From assembly GCA_963708135.1 (NCBI GenBank), contig OY970192.1, forward strand, positions 448,001 through 512,000: a stretch of DNA of 64,000 bases, in the 5' to 3' direction. This document shows, piece by piece, positions 9,945 through 19,737 of this stretch. Source of the DNA: an uncultured Gemmatimonadales bacterium. Lineage in GTDB: Bacteria > Gemmatimonadota > Gemmatimonadetes > Longimicrobiales > RSA9. Numbering within the stretch: position 1 is the stretch's first letter; every line of letters begins with the position of its first letter. The position numbers and the translations under genes are program-made. The notes beneath the pieces are model-generated. The model did no database searches. It was given only the letters and a program-made list of their open reading frames with translations, and had not been told where the DNA came from.

Positions 9945-12900
9945 ATGACGCCATACATAGAGCTTCGCGCCCACAGCGCCTTCTCCTTCGGCGACGGCAC
10001 CGCCTCGCCCGAGGCGTTGGTCGCGCGTGCCGCGGCGCTGGGCTACCCGGCGCTGGGGCTCACGGATCACGCCGACCTGGGCGGCATCATCCGCTTCACG
10101 CTCGAGGCGGAGCGGCAGGGCATCCGCCCCGTGATCGGCGCCGAGCTGCCCGTGGACGGCTATCCGACCGCCTTCCTGGCCGCCACCGCCGAGGGCTACC
10201 GCAACCTCGCCGCGCTGGTGACGCGGGCCAGGATCGGAGGGCTGCCGGTGGTGGAGGCGGGCGCCGCGGGCGCCGGGAGTGGGGGAGTGGGAGAATGGGG
10301 GACCCAACGACAGAGTGGGAGAGCGGGGGAGTGGGGGACTCCGGGCGGGCCTCACTTCGCCCGGCGGGGTGCCGGGCCTCGCGCCCCGGCCGGCGCCGCG
10401 AGCGCTCAGGTGCGCCGCGAGCGTTCGGATGCGCCGCCGCAGTCGGCGCAGTCGGCGCAGTTGGCGGCCGCCGGGCAGCGGACTGGCCCGGCAACTGGAA
10501 GCCCCCGCAATCGTCGCCCGGTCCCCCACTCCCCCACTCCCCCACTCGGGAGGGGCGACAGGGCCGGGCCGGGCCGGGCCGGGTGGGGCGACGTGGAAGG
10601 CCCGGGCCGGCCACGGGGCCGCCCCGCCCTGACGTTCGACGACGTCGCCGCCCGGGCGGCGGGGCTCTGGGCGCTCACCGGCCCGCCCGGCGGGGGCGAG
10701 ATCCCGTCGCTGCTGCGCGCGCGGCGGCCGGACGAGGCGGTCTTCGCGCTGGAGCGGTGGCGGGCGGCGTTTGGCGGACGGCTGGCGGTGGAGGTGCAGC
10801 TGCACCACGTCTCGGGCGAGGAGGCGGCGCTGGCGGCGTCGCTCGTCGAGCTGGCGGAGCGGAGCGGCGCCACGTGGCTGGCCACCAACGACCCGCGCTA
10901 CCTGGATGGCGGCGGCCGGCTGGTGCACGATCTGCTCGTGGCCAACCGGGCGGGCGTGGACGTGAACACGGCGGCGTCGTGGGGGCTGCTGCTGCCGAAC
11001 GGCGAGTGGCGGCTGAAGGAGCCGGGCGAGATGCGGCGGCTGTGGCGCGGGCGGGAGGCCGGGCTCGAGGCGACGCACCGCGTCGCATTGGATTGCGGCT
11101 TCGACCTTCGCTGGGTGCGTCCGCCGCTGCCGCGCTACCCGGTACCGCGCGGCGAGACGGACGATTCCTGGCTGCGCGAGCTCACCTTCCGCGGCGCGCG
11201 CGAGCGCTGGGGCGAGCTGGACGAGCGGCAGACGGCGCAGCTCGACCACGAGCTGGGCGTCATCGCGCGGCTCGGCTTTGCCGGCTTCTTCCTGGTCATG
11301 TGGGACGCGGTCCGTTATGCGCGCGAGCAGGGGATCCTGTGCCAGGGGCGGGGCAGCGCCGCCAACTCCGCCGTCGCGTACTGCCTGGCCATCACGGCCG
11401 TGGACCCCGTGAAGCACGGGCTGCTCTTCGAGCGCTTCCTCAGCGAGGTGAGGACCGACGGGCGCACGGAGGCGCCCGACATCGACGTGGACTTCGAGAT
11501 GCACCGGCGCGAGGAGGTGCTCGACTACATGTACGAGCGCTACGGCCGCCGCCACGCGGCCATCACCTGCGTGGCGCAGGCGTACCACGCGCCCAGCGCC
11601 ATCCAGGACGTGATGCGCGCGCTCGGCTGGCCGGCGGAGGAGGCGCTCGCGCTCTCCAAGCGGGTGCACGGCCAGGCGCCGAGCGTGGGCGCCGCGCGCA
11701 TCGAGGCCGAGCTGGCCGCGTCGGTCGGCCTGGACCTGGCCGAGCCGCGCGTCCGCGCGCTGCTCTCCGCCCTGCGCGCGCTGGACGACGTGCCGCGGCT
11801 CCGCTCCACGCACCCCGGCGGCTTCGTGCTGTCCGCCGAGCCGCTCGGCGACTACATGCCGATCGAGCACACGACCATGGGCCGCACCATCGTGCAGTTC
11901 GACAAGGACGACCTGGACGCCGCGGGCGTGCCCAAGTTCGACTTCCTCGGGCTCGGCGGGCTGAGCGCCGTGCACCTGGCGTTCGAGGCCATCGAGGGGC
12001 GCACGGGCGAGAAGATGGAGCTCTACTCGCTGCCCACGGACGATGCCGCCACCTACGACATGATCGCCGCCGGCGACACGGTGGGCACCTTCCAGATCGA
12101 GAGCCGCGCGCAGATCCAGTCCATCCTGCAGACCCGCCCCGAGCGCCTCTACGACCTGGTCGTGCAGGTGGCGCTCATCCGGCCGGGCCCGATCCAGGCC
12201 AGGTTCGTACGCCCCTATACCATGCGACGCCGCGGCCTCGAGGACGTCGCGTACGCGCACCCCCGGCTCGAGCCGATCCTGCGCCGCACCTACGGCATCC
12301 CGATCTTCCAGGAGCAGGCCATGGCCATCTCCATGGCGCTGGGCGGCTTCAGCGCCGCCGAGGCCGACGAGCTGCGCCGCGCCATGGGCCACCACAGGAA
12401 GCTGCCGAAGCTGCAGGCCGTGCTCGCCCGGCTGCGCCAGCGCATCGTGGCCAACACGGGGCTCGCCGCCGAGGCCGCCGGCGGCATCGTGGACGACCTG
12501 CTCTCCTTCGCCAACTACGGCTTCCCCGAGAGCCACGCCTGGAGCTTCGCCCTCATCGCCTACGCGACGGCGTACCTGAAGGCGCACTACCCCGCCGAGT
12601 TCGCCCTCGGTCTGCTCAACGCCTGGCCGATGGGGTTCTACCCGCCGGCGACGCTGGTCCACGACGCGCGGCGGCACGGCGTGACCGTGCTGGCGCCGTG
12701 TCTGAGGGATGGCGAGTGGGACTGCACGCTGGAGGCGCAAGCGCAAGCGCAAGGGCAAGCGCAAGCGTCAACTGCGTCTACGCCTGCGTCTGCCGCTGCC
12801 CTCGCGGCGCCTGCGCCTGCGCTTGCGCTTGCTCTTGCGGCGCCGGCGCAGCCGGCGCTCCGCATTGGCTGGCGCCACATTCGCGGGCTGGGCGAGCGCG

Positions 12901-13544
12901 CCCGCGAAGCCCTCGTGGCGGCGCGGGAAGACGGCCCGTTCACCTCGATCCAGGACGTCATGCGGCGTGCCCGTCTGGGCCGCGCGGAGGCGTTGCACCT
13001 GGCGCGGGCGGGGGCGTTCGAGGCGTTCGAGCCGGGGCGGCGGCGGGCGGCGTGGGAGGCGCTGCGCGCGGCGGGCGATGCGCTGCCGCTCGCGCCGGCG
13101 CGGCGCCTGCCGTTCGACCCGCGGGAGCTGGAGGGCGAGGAGCTGATCTTCCTCGACTACCTGGCCACGGGGATCAGCGTGCGCGGGCACCCGATGGAGC
13201 ACCTGCGGCCGCGGCTGGAGGCGGCGGGGGTGACGTCCAGCCGGGGGCTTCCGGGGCTGGCGGATGGAGCGCGCACGGTGGTGGCGGGGCTCGTCGTCGC
13301 CAGGCAGCATCCGGAGACGGCGAAGGGCACGGTGTTCGTGCTGCTCGAGGACGAGTTCGGCTTCCTCAACATCATCGTCCCCGCGCGCACGTTCGAGCAG
13401 AACCGCGAGACGGTGAAGTTCTCGCCGTTCCTCGTGGTCGAGGGGCGGCTGGAGCGCGACGGCCGCGCGCTGAACGTGGTGGGCCGCCGCTTCCGCGAGC
13501 TCACGACCCGCGAGCTGACGTTCCGCTCGCGCAACTTCCGGTGA
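9945..13544 (+). CDS. dnaE2: Error-prone DNA polymerase III alpha subunit DnaE2 (ImuC)
   Basis: ELRAHSAFSF PHP start, CQGRGSAANS, LLFERFLS, PDIDVDF, YGFPESHA, QHPETAKG OB fold, SRNFR C-terminus. Confidence 0.96.
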   Translation: MTPYIELRAHSAFSFGDGTASPEALVARAAALGYPALGLTDHADLGGIIRFTLEAERQGIRPVIGAELPVDGYPTAFLAATAEGYRNLAALVTRARIGGLPVVEAGAAGAGSGGVGEWGTQRQSGRAGEWGTPGGPHFARRGAGPRAPAGAASAQVRRERSDAPPQSAQSAQLAAAGQRTGPATGSPRNRRPVPHSPTPPLGRGDRAGPGRAGWGDVEGPGRPRGRPALTFDDVAARAAGLWALTGPPGGGEIPSLLRARRPDEAVFALERWRAAFGGRLAVEVQLHHVSGEEAALAASLVELAERSGATWLATNDPRYLDGGGRLVHDLLVANRAGVDVNTAASWGLLLPNGEWRLKEPGEMRRLWRGREAGLEATHRVALDCGFDLRWVRPPLPRYPVPRGETDDSWLRELTFRGARERWGELDERQTAQLDHELGVIARLGFAGFFLVMWDAVRYAREQGILCQGRGSAANSAVAYCLAITAVDPVKHGLLFERFLSEVRTDGRTEAPDIDVDFEMHRREEVLDYMYERYGRRHAAITCVAQAYHAPSAIQDVMRALGWPAEEALALSKRVHGQAPSVGAARIEAELAASVGLDLAEPRVRALLSALRALDDVPRLRSTHPGGFVLSAEPLGDYMPIEHTTMGRTIVQFDKDDLDAAGVPKFDFLGLGGLSAVHLAFEAIEGRTGEKMELYSLPTDDAATYDMIAAGDTVGTFQIESRAQIQSILQTRPERLYDLVVQVALIRPGPIQARFVRPYTMRRRGLEDVAYAHPRLEPILRRTYGIPIFQEQAMAISMALGGFSAAEADELRRAMGHHRKLPKLQAVLARLRQRIVANTGLAAEAAGGIVDDLLSFANYGFPESHAWSFALIAYATAYLKAHYPAEFALGLLNAWPMGFYPPATLVHDARRHGVTVLAPCLRDGEWDCTLEAQAQAQGQAQASTASTPASAAALAAPAPALALALAAPAQPALRIGWRHIRGLGERAREALVAAREDGPFTSIQDVMRRARLGRAEALHLARAGAFEAFEPGRRRAAWEALRAAGDALPLAPARRLPFDPRELEGEELIFLDYLATGISVRGHPMEHLRPRLEAAGVTSSRGLPGLADGARTVVAGLVVARQHPETAKGTVFVLLEDEFGFLNIIVPARTFEQNRETVKFSPFLVVEGRLERDGRALNVVGRRFRELTTRELTFRSRNFR

Positions 13545-13567
13545 ACCATCCAACGGCGGAGGGGAGC

Positions 13568-14011
13568 ATGGACGGCCAGTCGAATGGCGGGAACGCGGCG
13601 AGCGGCGGCAATGGCGCGGACGGGCCGGACCGGGTGAGCGGGATCGGCTTCCTGGGCCTGCGCACGGTCATCTACCACGTGGAGGACCTGGACGCGGCCA
13701 AGGCGTGGTACGCGGAGGTGCTCGGCTTCGAGCCGTACTTCGACGAGCCGTTCTACGTCGGCTTCGAGGTGGGCGGCTACGAGCTGGGGCTGAACCCGAA
13801 CCTCGACGAGGCGACGCCGGGCGCCGGCGGCGTGCTCGCGTACTGGGGCGTCGCGGACGCGGATGCCGCTTTCGCCCGGCTGCTCGAGCTCGGCGCCGAG
13901 AAACACGTGCCGGTCTCCGATGTCGGCGGCGGGATCCGCGTGGCCAGCGTGCGCGACCCGTTCGGCAACCTGCTCGGCGTCATCGAGAACCCGCACTTCG
14001 CGGCGAAGTGA
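13568..14011 (+). CDS. VOC/glyoxalase family protein
   Basis: [60 protein letters not shown]. Confidence 0.88.
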   Translation: MDGQSNGGNAASGGNGADGPDRVSGIGFLGLRTVIYHVEDLDAAKAWYAEVLGFEPYFDEPFYVGFEVGGYELGLNPNLDEATPGAGGVLAYWGVADADAAFARLLELGAEKHVPVSDVGGGIRVASVRDPFGNLLGVIENPHFAAK

Positions 14012-14022
14012 AGGCGAAGGGA

Positions 14023-14838
14023 ATGGAACGGCGGCAGCTCGGGCGCGCGGGGTTCGACGTGCCCGTCGTCGGCATGGGCACGTGGCGCACCTTCGACGCG
14101 CGGAACCACGAGGGCGAGAAGGCGGCGCGCGCGGTGGTGGACGCGGCCCTCGAGGCCGGCACCGATTTCTTCGACACCTCGCCCATGTACGGGCAGGCGG
14201 AGCGCGTGCTCGCGGGCACGCTCTCCGGCCGCCGGCATTCGGTGCTGGTGGCGGACAAGATCCGGGCGGACACGGCGGAGGAGGGCCGGGCGCAGGCGGA
14301 GCGCGCGCTCGGCTGGTACGACTGGATCGACCTCTACCAGATCCACAACCTGGCCGCGTGGGAGGCGCAGCTCGATCCGCTCGAGCGGCTGCAGGCGGAG
14401 GACCGGGTGCGCGCCATCGGCGCCACGCACTACCGCCCCGAGGCGTTCGGCGAGCTCGAGCGCGTCATGCGCAGCGGCCGGATCCAGGTGATCCAGGTGC
14501 CCTACAGCCCGCTCGAGCGCGAGGTCGAGGAGCGGATCCTGCCGCTGGCGGAGGAGCTCGGGCTGGGCGTCGTCGTCATGCGGCCGTTCGCGCAGGGGGC
14601 GCTCCTGCGACGCACCCCGCGGGCGAAGGCGCTCGCGTCGCTGCGCGAGCTGGGCATCCAGAGCTGGCCGCAGGCGCTGCTCCGGTGGATCCTGAGCGAC
14701 CGCCGCTGCCACGTGGCCATTCCGGCGACGTCGCGGCCCGCGCACATGACCGCGAACGCCGCCGCCGGCGCGCCGCCATGGCTCGACGCGGACGCGTGCG
14801 GATACGTGGCGCGGCTGGCCGTGGAGCTCGCCGGATGA
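14023..14838 (+). CDS. Aldo/keto reductase
   Basis: VVGMGTW, FFDTSPMYG, IDLYQIHN, QVPYSPLERE, VMRPF, IPATS. Confidence 0.92.
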   Translation: MERRQLGRAGFDVPVVGMGTWRTFDARNHEGEKAARAVVDAALEAGTDFFDTSPMYGQAERVLAGTLSGRRHSVLVADKIRADTAEEGRAQAERALGWYDWIDLYQIHNLAAWEAQLDPLERLQAEDRVRAIGATHYRPEAFGELERVMRSGRIQVIQVPYSPLEREVEERILPLAEELGLGVVVMRPFAQGALLRRTPRAKALASLRELGIQSWPQALLRWILSDRRCHVAIPATSRPAHMTANAAAGAPPWLDADACGYVARLAVELAG

Positions 14839-15953
14839 GCGGCGGCGGGAAGGCGCCCGAGCGCGGAGGCGGCGCCGCCCCTCCGGGAGGAGCGCGTCCC
14901 CCGGGCTACCGCGGTCGCGGCTCGGCGTCGAACCCGAAGAACCGGTTCGAGGCGCTCGAGGTGCTGCCCGACCCCGCGGCGCGCGAGGAGGACGATCCCG
15001 GGCCGCTCACCCGGATCCTGCGCGACACCACGCGCACGATCATCGCCACGAACGACAGCCCCGACGTGGGCTTCGACGCAAGTGTAAATCCCTACAGGGG
15101 GTGCGAGCATGGGTGCGTCTACTGCTACGCCCGGCCCTTCCACGAGTACCTCGGCTTCTCGGCCGGGCTCGACTTCGAGACCAGGATCCTGGCCAAGCCG
15201 GACGCGGCGGCGCTGCTGCGGAAGGCGCTCTCCCGGCCGTCGTGGGAGCCGCGCGTCATCGCGCTGTCGGGCGTGACCGACGCCTACCAGCCGGCCGAGC
15301 GGCGGCTGCGCATCACGCGTGGCTGCCTCGAGGTGCTGGCGGAGTTCAGGAACCCCGTCGCCATCATCACGAAGAACCACCTCGTTACCCGCGACGCCGA
15401 CCTGCTCGCCGACCTCGCCGCCGTGGACGCCGCGGCCGTCAACCTCTCGATCACCTCGCTCCGCCCCGAGCTCCAGCGCGTCATGGAGCCGCGCGCCTCC
15501 ACCCCCGCCCGCCGCCTCGCCGCCGTGGAGGCGCTCGCCAAGGCCGGCGTGCCCGTCGGCGTCATGGTCGCCCCCGTCATCCCCGGCCTCACCGACACCG
15601 AGATGCCCGCCATCCTCCAGGCCGCCGCCAGTGCCGGCGCGCAGTGGGCCGGCACCATCGCGCTGCGGCTGCCGCACGGCGTGAAGGACCTCTTCGAGGA
15701 CTGGCTCGAGCGCAACTTCCCGGACCGGAAGGAGCGGGTGCTGAACCGCATCCGCGAGATCCGCGGCGGCCAGCTCAACGAGTCCGCGTTCGGCAAGCGC
15801 ATGCGCGGCGAGGGGGAGTACGCGGACCAGATGCGGGCGCTGTTCGAGGCGGCCAGGAAGAAGGCGGGCCTGGATGGGCCGCGGCCCGTGCTGTCCACCG
15901 CCGCGTTCCACGTGCCGGCGAAGGGCGGGCAGCTCGGGCTGTTCGATGGGTGA
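14835..15953 (+). CDS. PA0069/Rv2578c-family radical SAM protein (spore-photoproduct-lyase-like)
   Basis: SVNPYRGCEHGCVYCYARP (CxxxCxxC), SGVTDAYQPAE, C-terminal QLGLF clamp-like motif. Confidence 0.92.
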   Translation: MSGGGKAPERGGGAAPPGGARPPGYRGRGSASNPKNRFEALEVLPDPAAREEDDPGPLTRILRDTTRTIIATNDSPDVGFDASVNPYRGCEHGCVYCYARPFHEYLGFSAGLDFETRILAKPDAAALLRKALSRPSWEPRVIALSGVTDAYQPAERRLRITRGCLEVLAEFRNPVAIITKNHLVTRDADLLADLAAVDAAAVNLSITSLRPELQRVMEPRASTPARRLAAVEALAKAGVPVGVMVAPVIPGLTDTEMPAILQAAASAGAQWAGTIALRLPHGVKDLFEDWLERNFPDRKERVLNRIREIRGGQLNESAFGKRMRGEGEYADQMRALFEAARKKAGLDGPRPVLSTAAFHVPAKGGQLGLFDG

Positions 15954-15954
15954 T

Positions 15955-16140
15955 CGGCAGCGCTCCGGCGGGGGCGGCTCCCTGCGGCGCCGGGCTCGGC
16001 AGCGCTCCGGCGGGGGCGGCTCCCTGCGGCGCCGGGCTCGGCAGCGCTCCGGCGGGGGCGGCTCCCTGCGCGACCGCCTCCGCTCGCTGCGCTCGCTTCG
16101 CAAAGGCAGGGTCGCTCCGGGAGCCGCCCCCGCCTCCGCC
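15955..16140. repeat. REP-like palindromic repeat cluster, same family as the 20.7-21.5 kb array; lies between convergent genes
   Basis: Three ggcagcgctccggcgggggcggctccctgcg units then gggggcggctccc...gggagccgccccc hairpin. Confidence 0.85.
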
Positions 16141-16210
16141 GTCGGGCCGCTTCGGCGGCGCAGTGCGCAACCCCCACAGCCGCCCGCCTCGCGCCCACGC
16201 GCTCTGCGGT

Positions 16211-17254
16211 TCAGTCGCCGGCTTCGGATGCCTGCCTGCTTCGCGGTCCCGCCAGCATGCGCGTGCGCAGCTCCTCGCCCCAGCCCGTGGCGTTCAGCGA
16301 GCCGAAGATGGCGGTCGCCTCGGCGCGGAGCGCATCCGCCCGGTCATCATCGCCCCGGGCGAGAGCGACGACGGCGAGTCCCTCGAGCGTTTCGGCCTCG
16401 AGCAGTCGGAGGCTCGTCTGCCGGGCGGTGGCCAGCGCGTGCGCGAGTTGCCGCTCGGCCTCCGCGGTGTCCGACTGCCACAGCGCGATGACGCCGAGGA
16501 CCCGGACGGCCTCGGCGGCGGCGCCGGGCTCGCCAAGCTCGCGGAAGCGGGCCAGGGCGCGCGCCGCGGTAGCGCGTGCCAGGGGGAAGTCGCCGCCGAA
16601 GGCCATGAGCAGCGCCCACTCCTGCTCCACGCGGGCCACCTCGTCCTTGCTGCCGTCCGCGCGCGCGTAGGCGGCGGCGCGGCGGAAGGCCTGCTCGGCC
16701 TCGCGCGGGAAATCCATCTCGCGGTATGTGATGGCCAGGTTGTGGTGGGCCTGGGCCAGGCCGCGCAGGTAGCCGAGGCGGCGGTAGGAGACGATGGCCC
16801 GCTGGTACGTGGCCACGGCGGAGTCGCGGCGGCCGGTGAGCGTGAAGATGATGCCGAGGTTCTGGTTCGCGCGGGCGACGAACTCCTCGTCGCGTGCGCG
16901 GCTCGCCGCGTCCAGCAGCCAGCGCCACGACGCCTCCGCGCGCGCGACGTTGCCCTGCTCGAAGAAGAGGATCCCCTGGAGGTTCAGCAGATTCCGCAGG
17001 AGGGTATCGTTGCCGCGGCGGCGGCACACGGGCGCGAGCGCCTCGACCAGCCGCAGCGCCTGCGGGCGCTCGCCCGCCCGGCGGAGCGACTCCGCGCGCA
17101 GAACACCCAGCTCCGGCTCCGCGAGCAACGCATCGAGCGACAGCCGGGCCAGCAGCTCCGCCACCCGCCCGTACTCACGCGTCGCGACGAGGGCGCGCGC
17201 GCGCTCGAGCAGGGCGGCGAGCTCCGAGGGCGCGGGGAAGCCGGCGGGGGACAC
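16211..17254 (-). CDS. Tetratricopeptide-repeat protein
   Basis: LLNLQGILFFEQG, ANQNLGIIF, AHHNLAITY, AVRVLGVIA helical TPR motifs. Confidence 0.85.
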   Translation of the reverse strand: MSPAGFPAPSELAALLERARALVATREYGRVAELLARLSLDALLAEPELGVLRAESLRRAGERPQALRLVEALAPVCRRRGNDTLLRNLLNLQGILFFEQGNVARAEASWRWLLDAASRARDEEFVARANQNLGIIFTLTGRRDSAVATYQRAIVSYRRLGYLRGLAQAHHNLAITYREMDFPREAEQAFRRAAAYARADGSKDEVARVEQEWALLMAFGGDFPLARATAARALARFRELGEPGAAAEAVRVLGVIALWQSDTAEAERQLAHALATARQTSLRLLEAETLEGLAVVALARGDDDRADALRAEATAIFGSLNATGWGEELRTRMLAGPRSRQASEAGD

Positions 17255-17267
17255 GTCGCCTTCCGGG

Positions 17268-17894
17268 TCAGCTCGCCACGGCGAAGCCCGTGAAGCCGGA
17301 GATGCTGCCCTCCAGCTTCTGGGCGTCCGCTGCCCGGATCGTGCCGATCGGGAACCAGCGCTCCCCCGGCTGCTCCTGCCGCCACAGCTTCAGCCCGTCG
17401 AGCACACGCTGGTCCCGCGCGTCCACCTTGCCGTCGCCGTTCAGGTCCTGCTTGATGTGCCGGTAGCTCACGCTCAGCTGCGCCGGGTGGTCCGTCGAGA
17501 AGACCAGCCCCGTAGGCTCGAACCGGAACACCAGCCGGTCCGTCGGATCCACCGACACCGTGATCTGGATCGAGTCGCCCGGCGCAAGGGAACTCCCGTC
17601 CGGCCGGTGTAGAAGCGCGCCGGCGGGAATATCCAGCGTCAGGATCGGCTCGCCCAGCCCGCCGCCCTGCCCCTGCCCCGGCTTGTAACGCAGCTCCAGC
17701 GTGCGGTCCTGCCCCGCCACCGCCCACACGCTGTCCGAGACCGGCAGCAGCGAGTCCACATCCGCCGAGAAGCTCGCGAACGTCAGCTCCGACTCGGGAA
17801 CCCCGTCCTTCGCCGGGTCCGTCGAGCCGTGGTCACAAGCCGCCGCCGTCGCGAGCGGCAGCGCGAGCAGCAGCAGTCCTCTCCAGCGTCGCAT
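17268..17894 (-). CDS. Hypothetical lipoprotein
   Basis: MRRWRGLLLLALPLATAAA-C lipobox; beta-rich body with DLNGDGKVD Ca-binding-like motif. Confidence 0.75.
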   Translation of the reverse strand: MRRWRGLLLLALPLATAAACDHGSTDPAKDGVPESELTFASFSADVDSLLPVSDSVWAVAGQDRTLELRYKPGQGQGGGLGEPILTLDIPAGALLHRPDGSSLAPGDSIQITVSVDPTDRLVFRFEPTGLVFSTDHPAQLSVSYRHIKQDLNGDGKVDARDQRVLDGLKLWRQEQPGERWFPIGTIRAADAQKLEGSISGFTGFAVAS

Positions 17895-17940
17895 CGGGTC
17901 CTTCTTTCGTCTGGGGCCGGCAAGCTCCACCGCGTCTTGA

Positions 17941-17954
17941 GCAGCCGGTGTGCC
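17941..17954 (-). promoter_or_regulatory. sigma54 -24/-12 promoter of the 17894 lipoprotein gene
   Basis: Minus strand GGCACACCGGCTGC (GG-N10-GC). Confidence 0.65.
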
Positions 17955-18016
17955 CGCCGTAACTCGTTGTCGCATCGCCATCTGTGCGGCCGCCGACCGT
18001 CCACGAGCGCGACGGC

Positions 18017-18033
18017 CGTAGCGTTTCGCTACG
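18017..18033. promoter_or_regulatory. Palindromic enhancer-like site, copy 1
   Basis: CGTAGCG-TTT-CGCTACG; on the minus strand identical to 19564-19580. Confidence 0.7.
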
Positions 18034-18093
18034 CGGGCGCCTCTCCGCCCGCCGTCGGCAAGCCGGCCCTGCGCCCCCGCGCCCCGCGTCCCG

Positions 18094-19416
18094 TCATCCC
18101 CCGCCCTCCAGCAGCCGATACAGCCTCGTCCGGCTGATGCCGAGGGCGTCGGCGGCGGCGGTCTTGTTGCCGCCGCAGCGCTCGAGCATGGCGCGGGCTG
18201 CGGCCTCCTCGATGACATCCATGCTCGCGGGGAAGGGCAGGGTGCCGTTGCCGGCGGCCTCGATGGTCCCGGGGAAGAGGTCCTCGCGCCGGACCTGCCC
18301 CTCGCCCAGGACGACGGCGCGCTCGATGGCGTTGCGCAGCTCGCGGATGTTGCCGCGCCAGGGGTGCGCCATGAGGGCGGCGCGCAGCCCGGGGCCGAGG
18401 ATGGGGGCCGGGAGGTCGTAGTCGCCGGCGAAGCGGGCCACGAAATGGTCGGCCAGGCGCAGCACGTCGTCGCCGCGCTCGCGCAGTGGCGGCAGGTGGA
18501 TCGGGATCACGTTCAGACGGTAGTAGAGGTCCTCGCGGAAGCTACCCTCGCGGACGGCCTCGGGCAGGTCGATGTGCGTGGCGGCGATGATGCGGACATC
18601 CACGGCCGTGCTGCGCAGGCTGCCCAGCCGGCGCACCTGCCGGTCCTCGAGCACCTTCAGCAGCTTGACCTGGAGCTCGAGCGGGACGTCTCCGATCTCG
18701 TCCAGGAGGAGCGTTCCGCCGTGCGCCGCCTCGAAGAGGCCCGGCTTGGCCGCGCGCGCATCCGTGAAGGCGCCGCGCTCGTAGCCGAACAGCTCGGCCT
18801 CGAGCAGCGTGGCCGGCAGCGCCGTGCAGTTCACCTCCACGAACGGCTGCTCCGCCCGCGGCCCGTTGTAGTGAATGGCCTGCGCCAGCAGCTCCTTGCC
18901 CGTGCCGGTCTCGCCCGTGATCAGCACTGTGGCCGCCGTGCGCGGGATCACCCGCGCCGCCCGCTCGAGCGCCACCCGCAGCGCCTCGCTCTCGCCCACC
19001 ATCCGCGAGAAGTCGTACTCCTGCCGCTCCCGTGCCGCGAGCGCTTGCGCCCGGTCACGCTCGCGCAGTCGCGCGACCCGCTCCGCCACCCACGCGCGCA
19101 GCGCCTCCAGGTCCCCGGGCAGCGCGAAGAAGTTCGACGCTCCCGCCTGGAGCACCGCCACCGCCAGCCGGTGATCCGGTTCGGCACCTACCGCGGCAAC
19201 GTCGCCCGCGCCCGCCGCCCGCGCATCCTCCACCGCCTCCGGCGCCGCTTCCTCCTCGCCCGCGACCGCGACCAGCACCGCCGCCGCCTCCGACAGCGGC
19301 GCCACGTCCGCCGCGGCGGCGCCCACCCGCAGCACGGCGCCCGCCGAGGCGGCAAGCTCCTCCCACACGCGCGCGAACCCTTCCGTCCGCGCCACGACGG
19401 CGATCACTGCATCCAT
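18094..19416 (-). CDS. sigma54-dependent Fis-family transcriptional activator with degenerate receiver-like N-terminus
   Basis: [51 protein letters not shown]-terminal [22 protein letters not shown]. Confidence 0.95.
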   Translation of the reverse strand: MDAVIAVVARTEGFARVWEELAASAGAVLRVGAAAADVAPLSEAAAVLVAVAGEEEAAPEAVEDARAAGAGDVAAVGAEPDHRLAVAVLQAGASNFFALPGDLEALRAWVAERVARLRERDRAQALAARERQEYDFSRMVGESEALRVALERAARVIPRTAATVLITGETGTGKELLAQAIHYNGPRAEQPFVEVNCTALPATLLEAELFGYERGAFTDARAAKPGLFEAAHGGTLLLDEIGDVPLELQVKLLKVLEDRQVRRLGSLRSTAVDVRIIAATHIDLPEAVREGSFREDLYYRLNVIPIHLPPLRERGDDVLRLADHFVARFAGDYDLPAPILGPGLRAALMAHPWRGNIRELRNAIERAVVLGEGQVRREDLFPGTIEAAGNGTLPFPASMDVIEEAAARAMLERCGGNKTAAADALGISRTRLYRLLEGGG

Positions 19417-19563
19417 CTCCGGACCACGCTCCGGCTGATTGACCCGCACCCGTGTCGAGCGGTTCCCCCTCGGATGTGACGATCCGCGGGGCTCGCCCGT
19501 CACAAAGAGTAGCCGTGCGACGTCGCGGCCGGAAGCCGCAGGGGGTCGCGAGGCGAGCCGGCC

Positions 19564-19580
19564 CGTAGCGAAACGCTACG
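19564..19580. promoter_or_regulatory. Palindromic enhancer-like site, copy 2
   Basis: CGTAGCGAAACGCTACG about 90 bp upstream of a sigma54 promoter. Confidence 0.7.
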
Positions 19581-19669
19581 CTATGCCAGCCGGGGTGCTG
19601 GACGGGGCAGGCCCCGTAAGATCGTCAGTTGCAACGAGTTCCGCGTGGGTGTCCGGAAACCTCGGGCGC

Positions 19670-19683
19670 GGAACGCCGGTTGC
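19670..19683 (+). promoter_or_regulatory. sigma54 -24/-12 promoter of the 19738 lipoprotein gene
   Basis: GGAACGCCGGTTGC (GG-N10-GC, TTGC at -12). Confidence 0.7.
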
Positions 19684-19737
19684 CCTTGCTTCGGGCGAGC
19701 CCCGGAACTCATGGACAGGGGAAATGGAGGAACGCGG

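Noticed and set aside
10240..10615. Intein in DnaE2
   Set aside because: No Cys/Ser start, His-Asn end or LAGLIDADG motifs; sequence is low-complexity and bounded by the GAGTGGG element ends
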